Below, one piece after another: positions 32,164 to 41,648 of a stretch of DNA of 64,000 bases. The position numbers and the translations under genes were made by a program. How positions within the stretch are numbered: the stretch's first letter is position 1; every line of letters begins with the position of its first letter. The notes under the pieces are model-generated. The model did no database searches. It saw only the letters and a program-made list of their open reading frames with translations, and was not told where the DNA came from. The DNA is from Alistipes sp. (GTDB lineage Bacteria; Bacteroidota; Bacteroidia; Bacteroidales; Rikenellaceae). Location: the NCBI GenBank assembly GCA_017621455.1, contig JAGATC010000017.1:113172-177171 (forward strand), written 5' to 3'.

Positions 32164-32874
32164 TTATAGCTTATTAACAGTCGACACAACGGTCGTGGCA
32201 ACCACTGCCGCAGTCTCGGTACGCAAGCGTTCACGACCGAGCGTGATGGCAGTAAAGCCATTTTGGGCTGCAAAGTTAATCTCTTCTTTCGAAAAGTCAC
32301 CCTCTGGGCCTATTAAAATTAGCGTATCACGCGATTTTTTTACCAATTTACCTAAATACTCCTTATGGCCGAAGCTCGAATCGCAGTGCGCGATGAATTT
32401 ATCGCCCTCGAAATCCATGGCGATAACGTCGCGTACCGAGGTCATGGGGTGGAGTATGGGGTGGTACGCCTTAAGTGACTGCTTGACTGCTGCTGTTATC
32501 ACCTTCTCTTCACGCTCATCCTTAATCTGTCGGCGCTCGCTGTGCTCACACTCGATGGGATAGATCTCAGAAACACCTATTTCCGTAGCTTTTTCCAAAA
32601 ACCACTCAAACCTATCGATAATTTTTGTGGGTGCCACGGCCATCACAAGTCGGTAGTCCAAAGGCTCATACTCGGGAGTCGTCTCAACCACCTCCACCAC
32701 ACAACGTTTTGCGTTGTCTTCCACCACTTTACAGCGATGCATAGCACCTCTGCCGTCGGTCAAATGGAGCTCATCACCGACGGTCATTCTGAGCACTCTG
32801 ATGCAGTGTTTCGACTCCTCCTCCGTGAGCGTGTGACGCGGGAGTGAAATTTCTGGGGCATAAAATAGTTGCAT
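32164..32874 (-). CDS. rsmE: 16S rRNA m3U1498 methyltransferase
   Basis: HCIRVLR, KATEIGV, IGPEGDFS, LGRERLRTETAA. Confidence 0.95.
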   Translation of the reverse strand: MQLFYAPEISLPRHTLTEEESKHCIRVLRMTVGDELHLTDGRGAMHRCKVVEDNAKRCVVEVVETTPEYEPLDYRLVMAVAPTKIIDRFEWFLEKATEIGVSEIYPIECEHSERRQIKDEREEKVITAAVKQSLKAYHPILHPMTSVRDVIAMDFEGDKFIAHCDSSFGHKEYLGKLVKKSRDTLILIGPEGDFSKEEINFAAQNGFTAITLGRERLRTETAAVVATTVVSTVNKL

Positions 32875-32923
32875 TGGTCAATAATTTTTTTAACTTTGCA
32901 AAGTTAATTAAAAAATATCATAG

Positions 32924-35173
32924 ATGAAACCTATTTTGCTATTATCATCACTATTGTGTGTTATGACACTAAACTATTCATGCGCCGAAGAGGCTGCACC
33001 CGAGAAGGGTAACCCTCTTATGGAGGAGTGGACTACCGAGTATGGTGTGCCACCATTCGACGAGATTCGTGCCGAGCACTTCGCCCCAGCATTCACCGAG
33101 GCTATTGCTATGCACACTGCTGAGATTGACGCTATTGTCGCCTCAGAGGAGGAACCCACGTTCGACAATACCATCGTGGCTTTGGACAACGCCGGCATCA
33201 AACTCTCGGAGATAAGCCTCCTCTTTGGCATGCTCTCATCATCGGACCTCACACCCGAGATGGAGGCAGTACAGACAGAGATAACCCCCATCTTGGAGGA
33301 TCACTTCAACAGCATCATGCTTAACGACGCACTCTTCCAGCGCGTTAAGGCGGTATACGACAAACGTGCATCACTCAAGCTCGACGACGTTCAGATGCGC
33401 TTAGTGGAGAAGACCTACAACGACTTTGTACGCTCGGGAGCACTGCTCGAGGGCCAGGATAAGGAGCGCCTAAAGCAGATAAACGCCGACCTCGCCATGC
33501 TCACCGTAGAGTTCAACAAGAACCTCCTTGCTGAGAATGGTGCCTTCACGCTCCTCGTTGAGGAGAACCAGGTTACCGAGCTTCCTGAGGGTGTGAAAGC
33601 TCAGGCACGCGAGGCTGCCGAGGCTGAGGGCAAGACGGGCTACCTCTTCACGCTTGACAAGCCCTCGATGCTACCCTTCCTCACCTACTCATCGAACCGC
33701 GACCTTCGTCGTGAGCTATACAACGGCTACCTTATGCGTTGCAACAACGACAACGCCCACGACAACAAGGAGATTGTCAAAAAGATGACCGAATTGCGTA
33801 TCGAGAAGGCCAATCTTCTTGGCTTCGATTCATACTCGGCATACGTCACGGCCGACCAGATGGCAGGCACTCCCGAGGCCGTTTACGAACTCTTGAACGA
33901 GATATGGGAGCCCGCCGTGGAGTCTGCCAAGGAGGAGTTGGCACAGATGAAGGCTATGTTTGAGCGAGAGCATCCCGGACAGACCTTCGAGATGTCGGAC
34001 TGGTGGTACTACGCTGAGAAGGTGCGTAAGCAGAAGTATCAGCTCGACGAGGAGGCCGTACGTCAGTACCTCTCGTTGGACAACGTACGCGAGGGCATGT
34101 TCTACCTTGCTAACCGCCTCTATGGCATTACGTTCCGCCCCATCACCGTACCCCGCTACCACAAAGAGTGCACCGTATATGAGGTTCTCGACCACGACCA
34201 GTCACACATCGGCGTGCTCTACATCGACCCATATCCCCGTAAGGAGAAGAGCGGCGGCGCATGGTGTGGCAACTTCACCGAGCAGCGCTATGTTGATGGC
34301 GTGCGCAAGGCCCCCGTTGTAGGCATCGTTTGCAACTTCACACCTCCCACGGGCGACACCCCATCGTTGCTCTCGTTCGACGAGGCAGAGACCATGTTCC
34401 ACGAGTTTGGCCACGCGCTACACTTCCTCTTCGCTGATGTCCGCTACCGTGGTCTCACTGAAGTTGAGGGCGACTTTGTGGAGCTCCCATCGCAGATTAT
34501 GGAGAACTGGGCCTTCGAGCCTGAGATTTTGAAGATGTACGCTAAGCACCACCGTACAGGCGAGGTTATCCCCGATAATCTTATCGCTAAGATTCAGCGT
34601 GCTTCGCTCTTCAACCAGGGCTTCACCACCACGGAGCTTGCAGCTGCGGCACTTATCGACATGGATATCCACACCTTGGAGCAGATGCCCGCAAACTTCG
34701 ACGTTGTAGCCTTCGAGAAGTATAACCTTGCACAGCGTGGCCTTATCCCCGAGATTGCACCCCGCTACCGCTACACCTACTTCGCACACATCTTTGCTGG
34801 TGGCTACTCTTCGGGCTACTACTTCTACCTCTGGGCTGAGGTACTCGACAAGGATGCCTTCGAGGCATTTAAGTCGAGCCGCGACATCTGCGACCGAGAG
34901 CTTGCCAACAGCTTCCGCTACGACCTCTTGGCACAGGGTGGCCAGCGTCCGGGCATGGAGATGTATCGCACATTCCGAGGTGCCGACCCCGACAAGACGC
35001 CTATGCTCAAGGCACGTGGCCTATGGAAGGAGCCCGAGCCCGTTGCAGACACCCTCGCAGAGGGCACTACAGAGCTACAGCCTACTGTGCAGCCTGGCAG
35101 ACCTATGCTTAAGACCGAGCCTAAGGCTGGTCGTCCCATCAAGCCCACAGTTAAGGACAACAGCCCCAACTAA
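32924..35173 (+). CDS. M3 family metallopeptidase (Dcp-like), probable lipoprotein
   Basis: Lipobox LNYSC, HEFGHALH, FVELPSQIMENW, GGYSSGYY. Confidence 0.92.
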   Translation: MKPILLLSSLLCVMTLNYSCAEEAAPEKGNPLMEEWTTEYGVPPFDEIRAEHFAPAFTEAIAMHTAEIDAIVASEEEPTFDNTIVALDNAGIKLSEISLLFGMLSSSDLTPEMEAVQTEITPILEDHFNSIMLNDALFQRVKAVYDKRASLKLDDVQMRLVEKTYNDFVRSGALLEGQDKERLKQINADLAMLTVEFNKNLLAENGAFTLLVEENQVTELPEGVKAQAREAAEAEGKTGYLFTLDKPSMLPFLTYSSNRDLRRELYNGYLMRCNNDNAHDNKEIVKKMTELRIEKANLLGFDSYSAYVTADQMAGTPEAVYELLNEIWEPAVESAKEELAQMKAMFEREHPGQTFEMSDWWYYAEKVRKQKYQLDEEAVRQYLSLDNVREGMFYLANRLYGITFRPITVPRYHKECTVYEVLDHDQSHIGVLYIDPYPRKEKSGGAWCGNFTEQRYVDGVRKAPVVGIVCNFTPPTGDTPSLLSFDEAETMFHEFGHALHFLFADVRYRGLTEVEGDFVELPSQIMENWAFEPEILKMYAKHHRTGEVIPDNLIAKIQRASLFNQGFTTTELAAAALIDMDIHTLEQMPANFDVVAFEKYNLAQRGLIPEIAPRYRYTYFAHIFAGGYSSGYYFYLWAEVLDKDAFEAFKSSRDICDRELANSFRYDLLAQGGQRPGMEMYRTFRGADPDKTPMLKARGLWKEPEPVADTLAEGTTELQPTVQPGRPMLKTEPKAGRPIKPTVKDNSPN

Positions 35174-35202
35174 GCAAGACGAAACTAACTAAAATATCAA
35201 CT

Positions 35203-37320
35203 ATGACAACAACAGCACTTATTATGTCAGCATTGACAGCTATGTCGACATGTGGCGATAAGCCCCTTGTTGATGTGCCCGAGTCACTCAAGGGCAACCC
35301 ATTGGTTGAGGAGTGGAACACACCCTACCAGACACCTCCATTCTCGGAGATTGAGTATGCACACTACGAGCCAGCGTTCGACTACGCAATTGAGCTCAAC
35401 CGCGCCGAGATTGACGCCATCGTTAACAACCCCGAGGCTCCAACGTTTGAGAACACCATCGTGGCTATGAACAACTCGGGCGAGTTGCTCGGCCGCATCT
35501 CTGGCGTATTCTTCGTGCTCAACAACTGCATGTCATCGCCCGAGATGCAGCAGATAGCTATGAACATCACCCCAAAGCTTACCGAGCTCTCGAACGACGT
35601 GTCGCTCAACCCCGCACTCTTCGAGCGTGTGAAGGTTGTGTACGACCAGCGCAAGAAGCTCCACCTCGACCAGGAGGATATGATGCTCTTGGAGGAGACC
35701 TATAAGGGCTTCTCACGCTCGGGTGCTCTGCTCGAGGGTGAGGCTCGCGAGCTCTACCGCCAGTACTCTTCGGAGCTCTCACAGCTCACACTCCAGTTTG
35801 GCCAGAACGCTCTTGGCGCTACCAACGCCTTTTCGTACAACATCACCGACCCCGCAAAGGTTGCCGAGTTGCCCGACTTCGTAAAGGATGGCTTGGCTGC
35901 TGAGGCTGCGGCACGTGGCGAGGAGGGCTGGACCGTAACTCTTGACGCACCCAGCTATGGTCCCTTCATGACCTACTCTACACAGCGTGACATCAAAGAG
36001 GCACTCTACCGCGCTTACAACACCCGTGGCATCGGTGGCGAGTTCGACAACACCGAGAACATCCGTCGCATCGCTGAGCTCCGCCTCAACATCGCCAACC
36101 TCCTCGGCTACAAGTGCTATGCAGACTACGTCCTCGAGGACCGCATGGCTGAGAGCACCAAGACCGTGAATGGCTTCCTCAACCAGCTCAACAAGGCTAC
36201 GCTAAGCTATGCTAAGCGCGATGTTGCCGACGTTACCGCCTACGCTCACTCACTCGGCTTCGAGGGCGAGCTTATGCCTTGGGACTTCGGCTACTACAAC
36301 GAGAAGTATAAGGAGGCTATGTACTCTATCAATGACGAGCAGATTAAGCCCTACCTACAGCTCGAGAACGTTAAGCAGGCGGTATTTATGCTTGCTGGCG
36401 AGCTCTACGGATTGACATTCACCGAGGTGGACAACATCGAGACATACCACCCCGAGGCTACCGTATACGAGGTACGCGACGATAAGGGTGAGCTTATGGC
36501 TATCCTCTACCTCGACTTCTTCCCACGCGAGTCGAAGCGTCAGGGTGCTTGGATGACCGAGTTCCGTGGCGTTAAGGTTCAGGATGGCGAGGAGCAGCGT
36601 CCTTTAGTTCAGCTCGTTATGAACTTCACCAAGCCCACTGCTAACACTCCATCGTTGCTCACCTTCGACGAGTTCACCACCTTCCTCCACGAGTTTGGTC
36701 ACGGCCTCCACGGCATCCTTGCTCACGGTAAGTATGAGTCTATCAACGGCACATCGGTTAAGCGCGACTTCGTGGAGCTCCCATCGCAGATTATGGAGAA
36801 CTGGGCTACCGAGAAGGAGTATCTCGACCTCTGGGCTAAGCACTACGTTACTGGCGAGCCTATGCCCGCAGAGCTTATCGAGAAGCTCGTAGCTGCTAAG
36901 AACTACCTTGCTGCTTACTACAACGTGCGCCAGCTCTCATTCGGTATGCTCGATATGAAGTGGCACACCATCACTGAGCCATACAGTGGCGACATCCTCG
37001 AGTTCGAGGCTAAGGCTATCTCTCCTACTCAGGTATTGCCTATCGTAGATGGCACAGCTATGGGTCCCGCCTTTACGCACATCTTCAGCGGTGGCTATGC
37101 TGCTGGCTACTATGGTTATAAGTGGGCTGAGGTACTCTCTGCTGATGCCTTCTCATACTTCAAGGAGAAGGGCATCTTCTCAGACGAGGTTGCGGGCAAG
37201 TTCCGCCACGAGGTATTGGAGAAGGGTGGCCACGAACACCCCATGACTCTCTACAAGAACTTCCGCGGTCACAAGCCCAAGACTCAGGCTCTTATCGACC
37301 AGATGGGTCTTAAGAAGTAG
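35203..37320 (+). CDS. M3 family metallopeptidase (Dcp-like), paralog
   Basis: HEFGHGLH, FVELPSQIMENW, GGYAAGYYGYKWAE. Confidence 0.92.
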   Translation: MTTTALIMSALTAMSTCGDKPLVDVPESLKGNPLVEEWNTPYQTPPFSEIEYAHYEPAFDYAIELNRAEIDAIVNNPEAPTFENTIVAMNNSGELLGRISGVFFVLNNCMSSPEMQQIAMNITPKLTELSNDVSLNPALFERVKVVYDQRKKLHLDQEDMMLLEETYKGFSRSGALLEGEARELYRQYSSELSQLTLQFGQNALGATNAFSYNITDPAKVAELPDFVKDGLAAEAAARGEEGWTVTLDAPSYGPFMTYSTQRDIKEALYRAYNTRGIGGEFDNTENIRRIAELRLNIANLLGYKCYADYVLEDRMAESTKTVNGFLNQLNKATLSYAKRDVADVTAYAHSLGFEGELMPWDFGYYNEKYKEAMYSINDEQIKPYLQLENVKQAVFMLAGELYGLTFTEVDNIETYHPEATVYEVRDDKGELMAILYLDFFPRESKRQGAWMTEFRGVKVQDGEEQRPLVQLVMNFTKPTANTPSLLTFDEFTTFLHEFGHGLHGILAHGKYESINGTSVKRDFVELPSQIMENWATEKEYLDLWAKHYVTGEPMPAELIEKLVAAKNYLAAYYNVRQLSFGMLDMKWHTITEPYSGDILEFEAKAISPTQVLPIVDGTAMGPAFTHIFSGGYAAGYYGYKWAEVLSADAFSYFKEKGIFSDEVAGKFRHEVLEKGGHEHPMTLYKNFRGHKPKTQALIDQMGLKK

Positions 37321-37334
37321 TCTTAGTTAGAGCT

Positions 37335-37382
37335 AAAACCAAAACGGAGTCAGCCACCGCGGCTGACTTCGTTTTGGTTTTA
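37335..37382. terminator. Bidirectional intrinsic terminator
   Basis: AAAACCAAAACGGAGTCAGCC-accgc-GGCTGACTTCGTTTTGGTTTT between convergent genes. Confidence 0.8.
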
Positions 37383-37421
37383 GCACTGATGTGATGATTT
37401 TTAATTTTCTGCAGCAAGAGA

Positions 37422-37826
37422 TTATCTGCCATATGAATTAGGGGCACTCCAAGTGTAATATTTACCTTTGTGATAAAAATTACCACGCGTTACAGATTGT
37501 ATAAACCCTGCATCGCGAATAGTTTTTAACGTATGTCTATCTATATAATCTTCTTCATTATTATTATAAATATCAATATCAATACGAATATAATTACCAT
37601 CCTTCTCATATATTGCGTAGGGCCTACCAAAATCGTCTTCTACTTCACTAAACGTGGAGACAAATCTAACATCCCCCATATAAGACCAACCGTTAGCTTC
37701 TAACTCTTCTCTGGCAGATATGAAACCTTTTTCATCTTTATTATCATCTTTCTTTTTATCCTCACCACATGAGATGTTCAATACCATGCTTACTAATAAA
37801 GTACTTATAAATAATAATTTTCTCAT
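37422..37826 (-). CDS. Hypothetical lipoprotein, AT-rich
   Basis: MRKLLFISTLLVSMVLNIS-C lipobox followed by a charged linker. Confidence 0.7.
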   Translation of the reverse strand: MRKLLFISTLLVSMVLNISCGEDKKKDDNKDEKGFISAREELEANGWSYMGDVRFVSTFSEVEDDFGRPYAIYEKDGNYIRIDIDIYNNNEEDYIDRHTLKTIRDAGFIQSVTRGNFYHKGKYYTWSAPNSYGR

Positions 37827-37886
37827 AATTACAAATCATTTACTGCTTAATATTCAATATTGTACACACAACGTCCACATAAATAA

Positions 37887-38119
37887 TTACGCACAAAAAA
37901 AAGCGCGGGACAATTAGTTATATTCCCGCTCAGAGGTGTTTGGCGTAACCCGACAGAATAATACAACAAAAAGCCCACGCTATACAGCGCGAGCATTCCA
38001 ACTATTATTCCTTCTGTCTATTAGTCGCCAAACTTCCTGAGCAGCAGAATAAAGCTAAAACGCTTTTCCAATATGTCTAAAATGTGCGTATCAACTATAC
38101 GCTATGCTTCATAGGCAAT
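37887..38119 (-). ncRNA. Putative structured 5' leader RNA with terminator, family B copy 1
   Basis: ~235-nt repeat of 47771-48004; nested stems with compensatory changes; ends GCGGGA..TCCCGC-GC-T8. Confidence 0.65.
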
Positions 38120-38198
38120 GTTTGTTTAAGTATTGATTATTAAGGTGTCTTATTTAAAAAACCTTAAACCCATATTGTCTTCGTCTCCAATATTAATG

Positions 38199-38229
38199 CA
38201 AATGTAATAAAAAGTTATAAATATACAAA
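38199..38229 (-). promoter_or_regulatory. Promoter upstream of leader B1
   Basis: Minus strand TTTG-N19-TACATTTG. Confidence 0.7.
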
Positions 38230-38322
38230 ATATTGGAATGATCTGCTCTTTATACGTACATATTTGGATGATTACAATAGATTTCGTATATCTGTAGTAT
38301 TAATTACAACCTTATAGTCTGC

Positions 38323-38708
38323 ATGGACCTCAAATTATTCAAAATAGGATATACGAAATTCGCGGGCAAAGGGTGATGCTCGACTTTGACTTGGCAGAGT
38401 TATACCAAGTGGAGACGCGAGCCCTAAAGCAAGCCGTGAGACGTAATATCGAGCGATTCCCAGAAGATTTTCTATTTAGATTAACCAAAGAAGAGGCTAA
38501 TAGACTGATTACCATAGGGGTATCACAAAATGTGATACCCCCCGACTACAATATTGGATCATCGGAGGAGAATATGGAGGCTGTAAACGACCTCTCGGAG
38601 GATATGCGCAAGGAACTTGACAATATCTACCAAGCCATTGCCGCACTCTCGGTAAAGCCCCCACAACCACCCCGTGCGCCCATCGGTTTCAAAACGAACG
38701 ATAAATAA
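38323..38708 (+). pseudogene. ORF6N-domain protein, frameshifted and apparently internally deleted
   Basis: ATG GAC CTC then a 1-nt shift restores (Q)[24 protein letters not shown]; the usual central AFTEQGVAMLS-type segment is absent; ends PIGFK. Confidence 0.75.
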
Positions 38709-38766
38709 CAACAATGGGGTGACTAAAAAGTAAATTAGCCACCCCCACTTTGTCATGAGGTTGAAG

Positions 38767-38846
38767 AAAAAGATGTAGTTTTAGGCATGCGAAGTCCGAA
38801 AAAGCGGAGTTTACTCGACGTAAATGAGCATTTTGAGGGCGAGCAT
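38767..38846. repeat. 80-bp dispersed repeat, family C copy 1
   Basis: Near-exact reverse complement of 42846-42926. Confidence 0.8.
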
Positions 38847-39015
38847 ATTTGTTGGGAGAAGGCATTAGATACAACACTCGACAAATTTCGAGGCGATGGG
38901 CTGTACTTTGACGTACTGCCCATTGCCAAGATAATTTGTTAGCGGCAGTAGATGATGCCTTATCTCAACAAAGAACGACAAAATACACTTATTATTCAGC
39001 CTCTTCATAATTTCT

Positions 39016-39621
39016 CTACCGTGAGCGTTTACGGCGCGGAAGCTCGATATACTCCGTGTAGACGAGCTCCGTATTGGGATTCGACGACCACACCTCCTGG
39101 CGGATAGCCTTAGTGCCGTAGCGTATAAACCAAAACTTACGCGGCACGCGGTGGATGACCTGATGCAGCGTGTCGACGCTATGCACGGCGTAGCTAAGGC
39201 TATCGCCATACAATATGCCCTCCACCCTACTCCACGCATCCGCAGCAGCAAAGTAGCGATAGGCCCGAGGCAGACTATCGCGCACTACGACCGTATCGCG
39301 CACCACAACCGTGTCGGCTATGGTCGTAATCATGGCACTCTTAGCGTAGCTCTCGGCACGGCGCAGGCGTATGCCGAGCGACTCTATCTCCTTGGCATCG
39401 CGCTCATGCGCCTCGCGAAACTCCGCCACGGTAAGCTCCAGCGCCTCAATCGAGGCGGCAGACCTATCGTTCTCAGTACGATAGAGTTGCACCTCACCCA
39501 TAAGCGCCCGCTGGTTACGCTCCAAGCGGCCATTCTCCTCGATAAGGCGGCTAATAACAACGCCACACACAACGGCAACAATAGTGGCAATGGCTGCCAC
39601 CCACAACAAAATTTTCTTCAT
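39016..39621 (-). CDS. Membrane-anchored coiled-coil/beta protein resembling Bacteroidales phage lysis-module (spanin-like) proteins
   Basis: N-terminal TM, heptad coiled coil, DTVVVRDTVVVRD repeat, KFWFIRYGTK; family assignment is from recall only. Confidence 0.45.
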   Translation of the reverse strand: MKKILLWVAAIATIVAVVCGVVISRLIEENGRLERNQRALMGEVQLYRTENDRSAASIEALELTVAEFREAHERDAKEIESLGIRLRRAESYAKSAMITTIADTVVVRDTVVVRDSLPRAYRYFAAADAWSRVEGILYGDSLSYAVHSVDTLHQVIHRVPRKFWFIRYGTKAIRQEVWSSNPNTELVYTEYIELPRRKRSR

Positions 39622-39815
39622 ACGATTAGGATTTTATGCTCGATTATGCGACAAAGATAGCAGTGTGCGATGCGGTCGTTTTCCAAAAATTGTATAAAAA
39701 GCACATTTTATTGCCCGAATAATTGGCAGTTTGATAAAAAAGTCCTACCTTAGCCTAATATTATGGACATGTCTATTCGGACACAAACAACTAAATAAAC
39801 ATAAACCTAAAGACT

Positions 39816-41246
39816 ATGATTAATTATTCAGGCAAGACTCGCGTTGAGAGCGACCTTCTCGGCGAGATGGAGGTGCCCGTTGAGGCCCTTTATGGTGTGC
39901 AGACATTGCGCGGTATCGTAAACTTCCCCATTAGCCGCTTCCACCTAAACGACTATCCATTGTTTATCAATGGCTTAGCTATGACTAAGCTCGGTGCTGC
40001 TGAGGCTAACCACCAGCTCGGCCTCCTCACCGACGAGCAGTTCGATGGCATCTCAAAGGCTTGCCTCGAGATTATGCAGGGCCAGCACCACGACCACTTC
40101 CCCTGCGACATGATTCAGGGTGGTGCAGGTACTACCACCAACATGAACGCTAACGAGGTTATCGCAAACCGCGCTCTTCAGATTATGGGTCACCAGCCTG
40201 GCGAGTATCAGTACTGCTCACCCAACGACCACGTAAACTGCTCACAGTCAACAAACGACGCATACCCCTGCGGTATCCACCTCGGTCTCTACGCTACACA
40301 CAAGGCATTCATGGGTCACTACAACGAGCTTATCGAGGCATTCGAGAAGAAGGCTAAGGAGTTCGCACACATCCTTAAGATGGGTCGTACTCAGCTTGAG
40401 GACGCTGTGCCTATGACCCTCGGTCAGACATTCGGCGCATTTGCTCAGATCCTCAAGGAGGAGCGCAAGAACCTCGAGTTCGCAGCAGAGGAGTTCCTCA
40501 CAGTGAACATGGGTGCTACAGCCATCGGTACAGGTATCTGCTCAGAGCCCGAGTACTCAGAGAAGTGCATCGCAGCGCTCCGCCAGATCACCGGTTGGGA
40601 CATCAAGCTCGCTGAGGACCTCGTAGCAGCTACATCGGACACCACTTGCATGGTGGGCTACTCTTCAGCACTTCGTCGCGTGGCTGTTAAGCTCAACAAG
40701 ATCTGTAACGACCTCCGTCTCTTGGCTTCAGGTCCTCGTTGCGGTCTCCACGAGTTCGACCTCCCCGCACGTCAGCCCGGCTCATCTATCATGCCAGGTA
40801 AGGTTAACCCCGTTATCCCCGAGGTTATGAACCAGATATGCTACAAGGTTATCGGTAACGACGCATGTGTGGCTATGTGCGCACAGGAGGCTCAGATGGA
40901 GCTCAACGCCATGGAGCCTACAATGGCACAGTGCTGCTTCGAGTCTGCTGAGATCATGATGAACGGTTTCGACACCTTGCGCGTAAACTGCGTTGAGGGC
41001 ATCGTTGCTAACGAGGCACAGTGCCGCAAGTATGTTGAGGATAGCTTCGGCATCGTAACAGCGCTCAACCCCATCATCGGCTACAAGAACTCTACAAAGA
41101 TTGCTAAGAAGGCAATGGCAACTGGTGGCCGCGTTTACGACATCGTACTCGAGGACGGCATCCTAACAAAGGAGGAGCTTGATACTATTCTCTCACCCGA
41201 GAATATGATTAAGCCTGTAAAGCTTAACATTAAGCCCCGCCGATAA
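39816..41246 (+). CDS. aspA: Aspartate ammonia-lyase
   Basis: QGGAGTTTNMNANE, KMGRTQLEDAVP, GSSIMPGKVNP. Confidence 0.95.
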   Translation: MINYSGKTRVESDLLGEMEVPVEALYGVQTLRGIVNFPISRFHLNDYPLFINGLAMTKLGAAEANHQLGLLTDEQFDGISKACLEIMQGQHHDHFPCDMIQGGAGTTTNMNANEVIANRALQIMGHQPGEYQYCSPNDHVNCSQSTNDAYPCGIHLGLYATHKAFMGHYNELIEAFEKKAKEFAHILKMGRTQLEDAVPMTLGQTFGAFAQILKEERKNLEFAAEEFLTVNMGATAIGTGICSEPEYSEKCIAALRQITGWDIKLAEDLVAATSDTTCMVGYSSALRRVAVKLNKICNDLRLLASGPRCGLHEFDLPARQPGSSIMPGKVNPVIPEVMNQICYKVIGNDACVAMCAQEAQMELNAMEPTMAQCCFESAEIMMNGFDTLRVNCVEGIVANEAQCRKYVEDSFGIVTALNPIIGYKNSTKIAKKAMATGGRVYDIVLEDGILTKEELDTILSPENMIKPVKLNIKPRR

Positions 41247-41282
41247 TTTTCGATTATAAGGCAGACATCTACTGCCGCTAAC

Positions 41283-41337
41283 AAAAAGTCCCGACAATGA
41301 GCAGTACCACCAAGTACAGCCCATCGTCGGGATTTTT
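41283..41337 (+). terminator. Probable terminator after aspA
   Basis: AAAAAGTCCCGAC...GTCGGGATTTTT (long loop). Confidence 0.5.
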
Positions 41338-41373
41338 GCCGAGCGTTGTATCTGCAGCCTTCTAATCAAAAAT

Positions 41374-41502
41374 TAATTTGTTGTGATAGTGGGCCTCCTT
41401 CGACGCCTCAATCCAAAGCCCGAATGGGAAATACGCAAAGTATATCCCATCCGGGCTTTCTCTTTATCGGCGCCAAATTAAGCCTCTTCTGACTTCAAAT
41501 TA
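41374..41502. mobile_element. MITE-like element, family A copy 4 (opposite orientation)
   Basis: TAATTTGTTGTGATAGTGGG ... CCTCTTCTGACTTCAAATTA; interior closely matches the reverse complement of copy 3. Confidence 0.7.
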
Positions 41503-41648
41503 GGTCGTGGGGTAGGGTATGTCATCACAAAATGATAATTCAATGAATACCACCATCTTTTCTTGATTATTTAGAAAATCTTTACTATATTTGTATAGCT
41601 ATCAGCCAGGTTAGCAATTACACTATTCCCATTAAAAACTACAACGTT

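Noticed and set aside
38323-39621. Intact prophage
   Set aside because: Only a broken ORF6N gene and one phage-like membrane gene; no structural, packaging or integrase genes.
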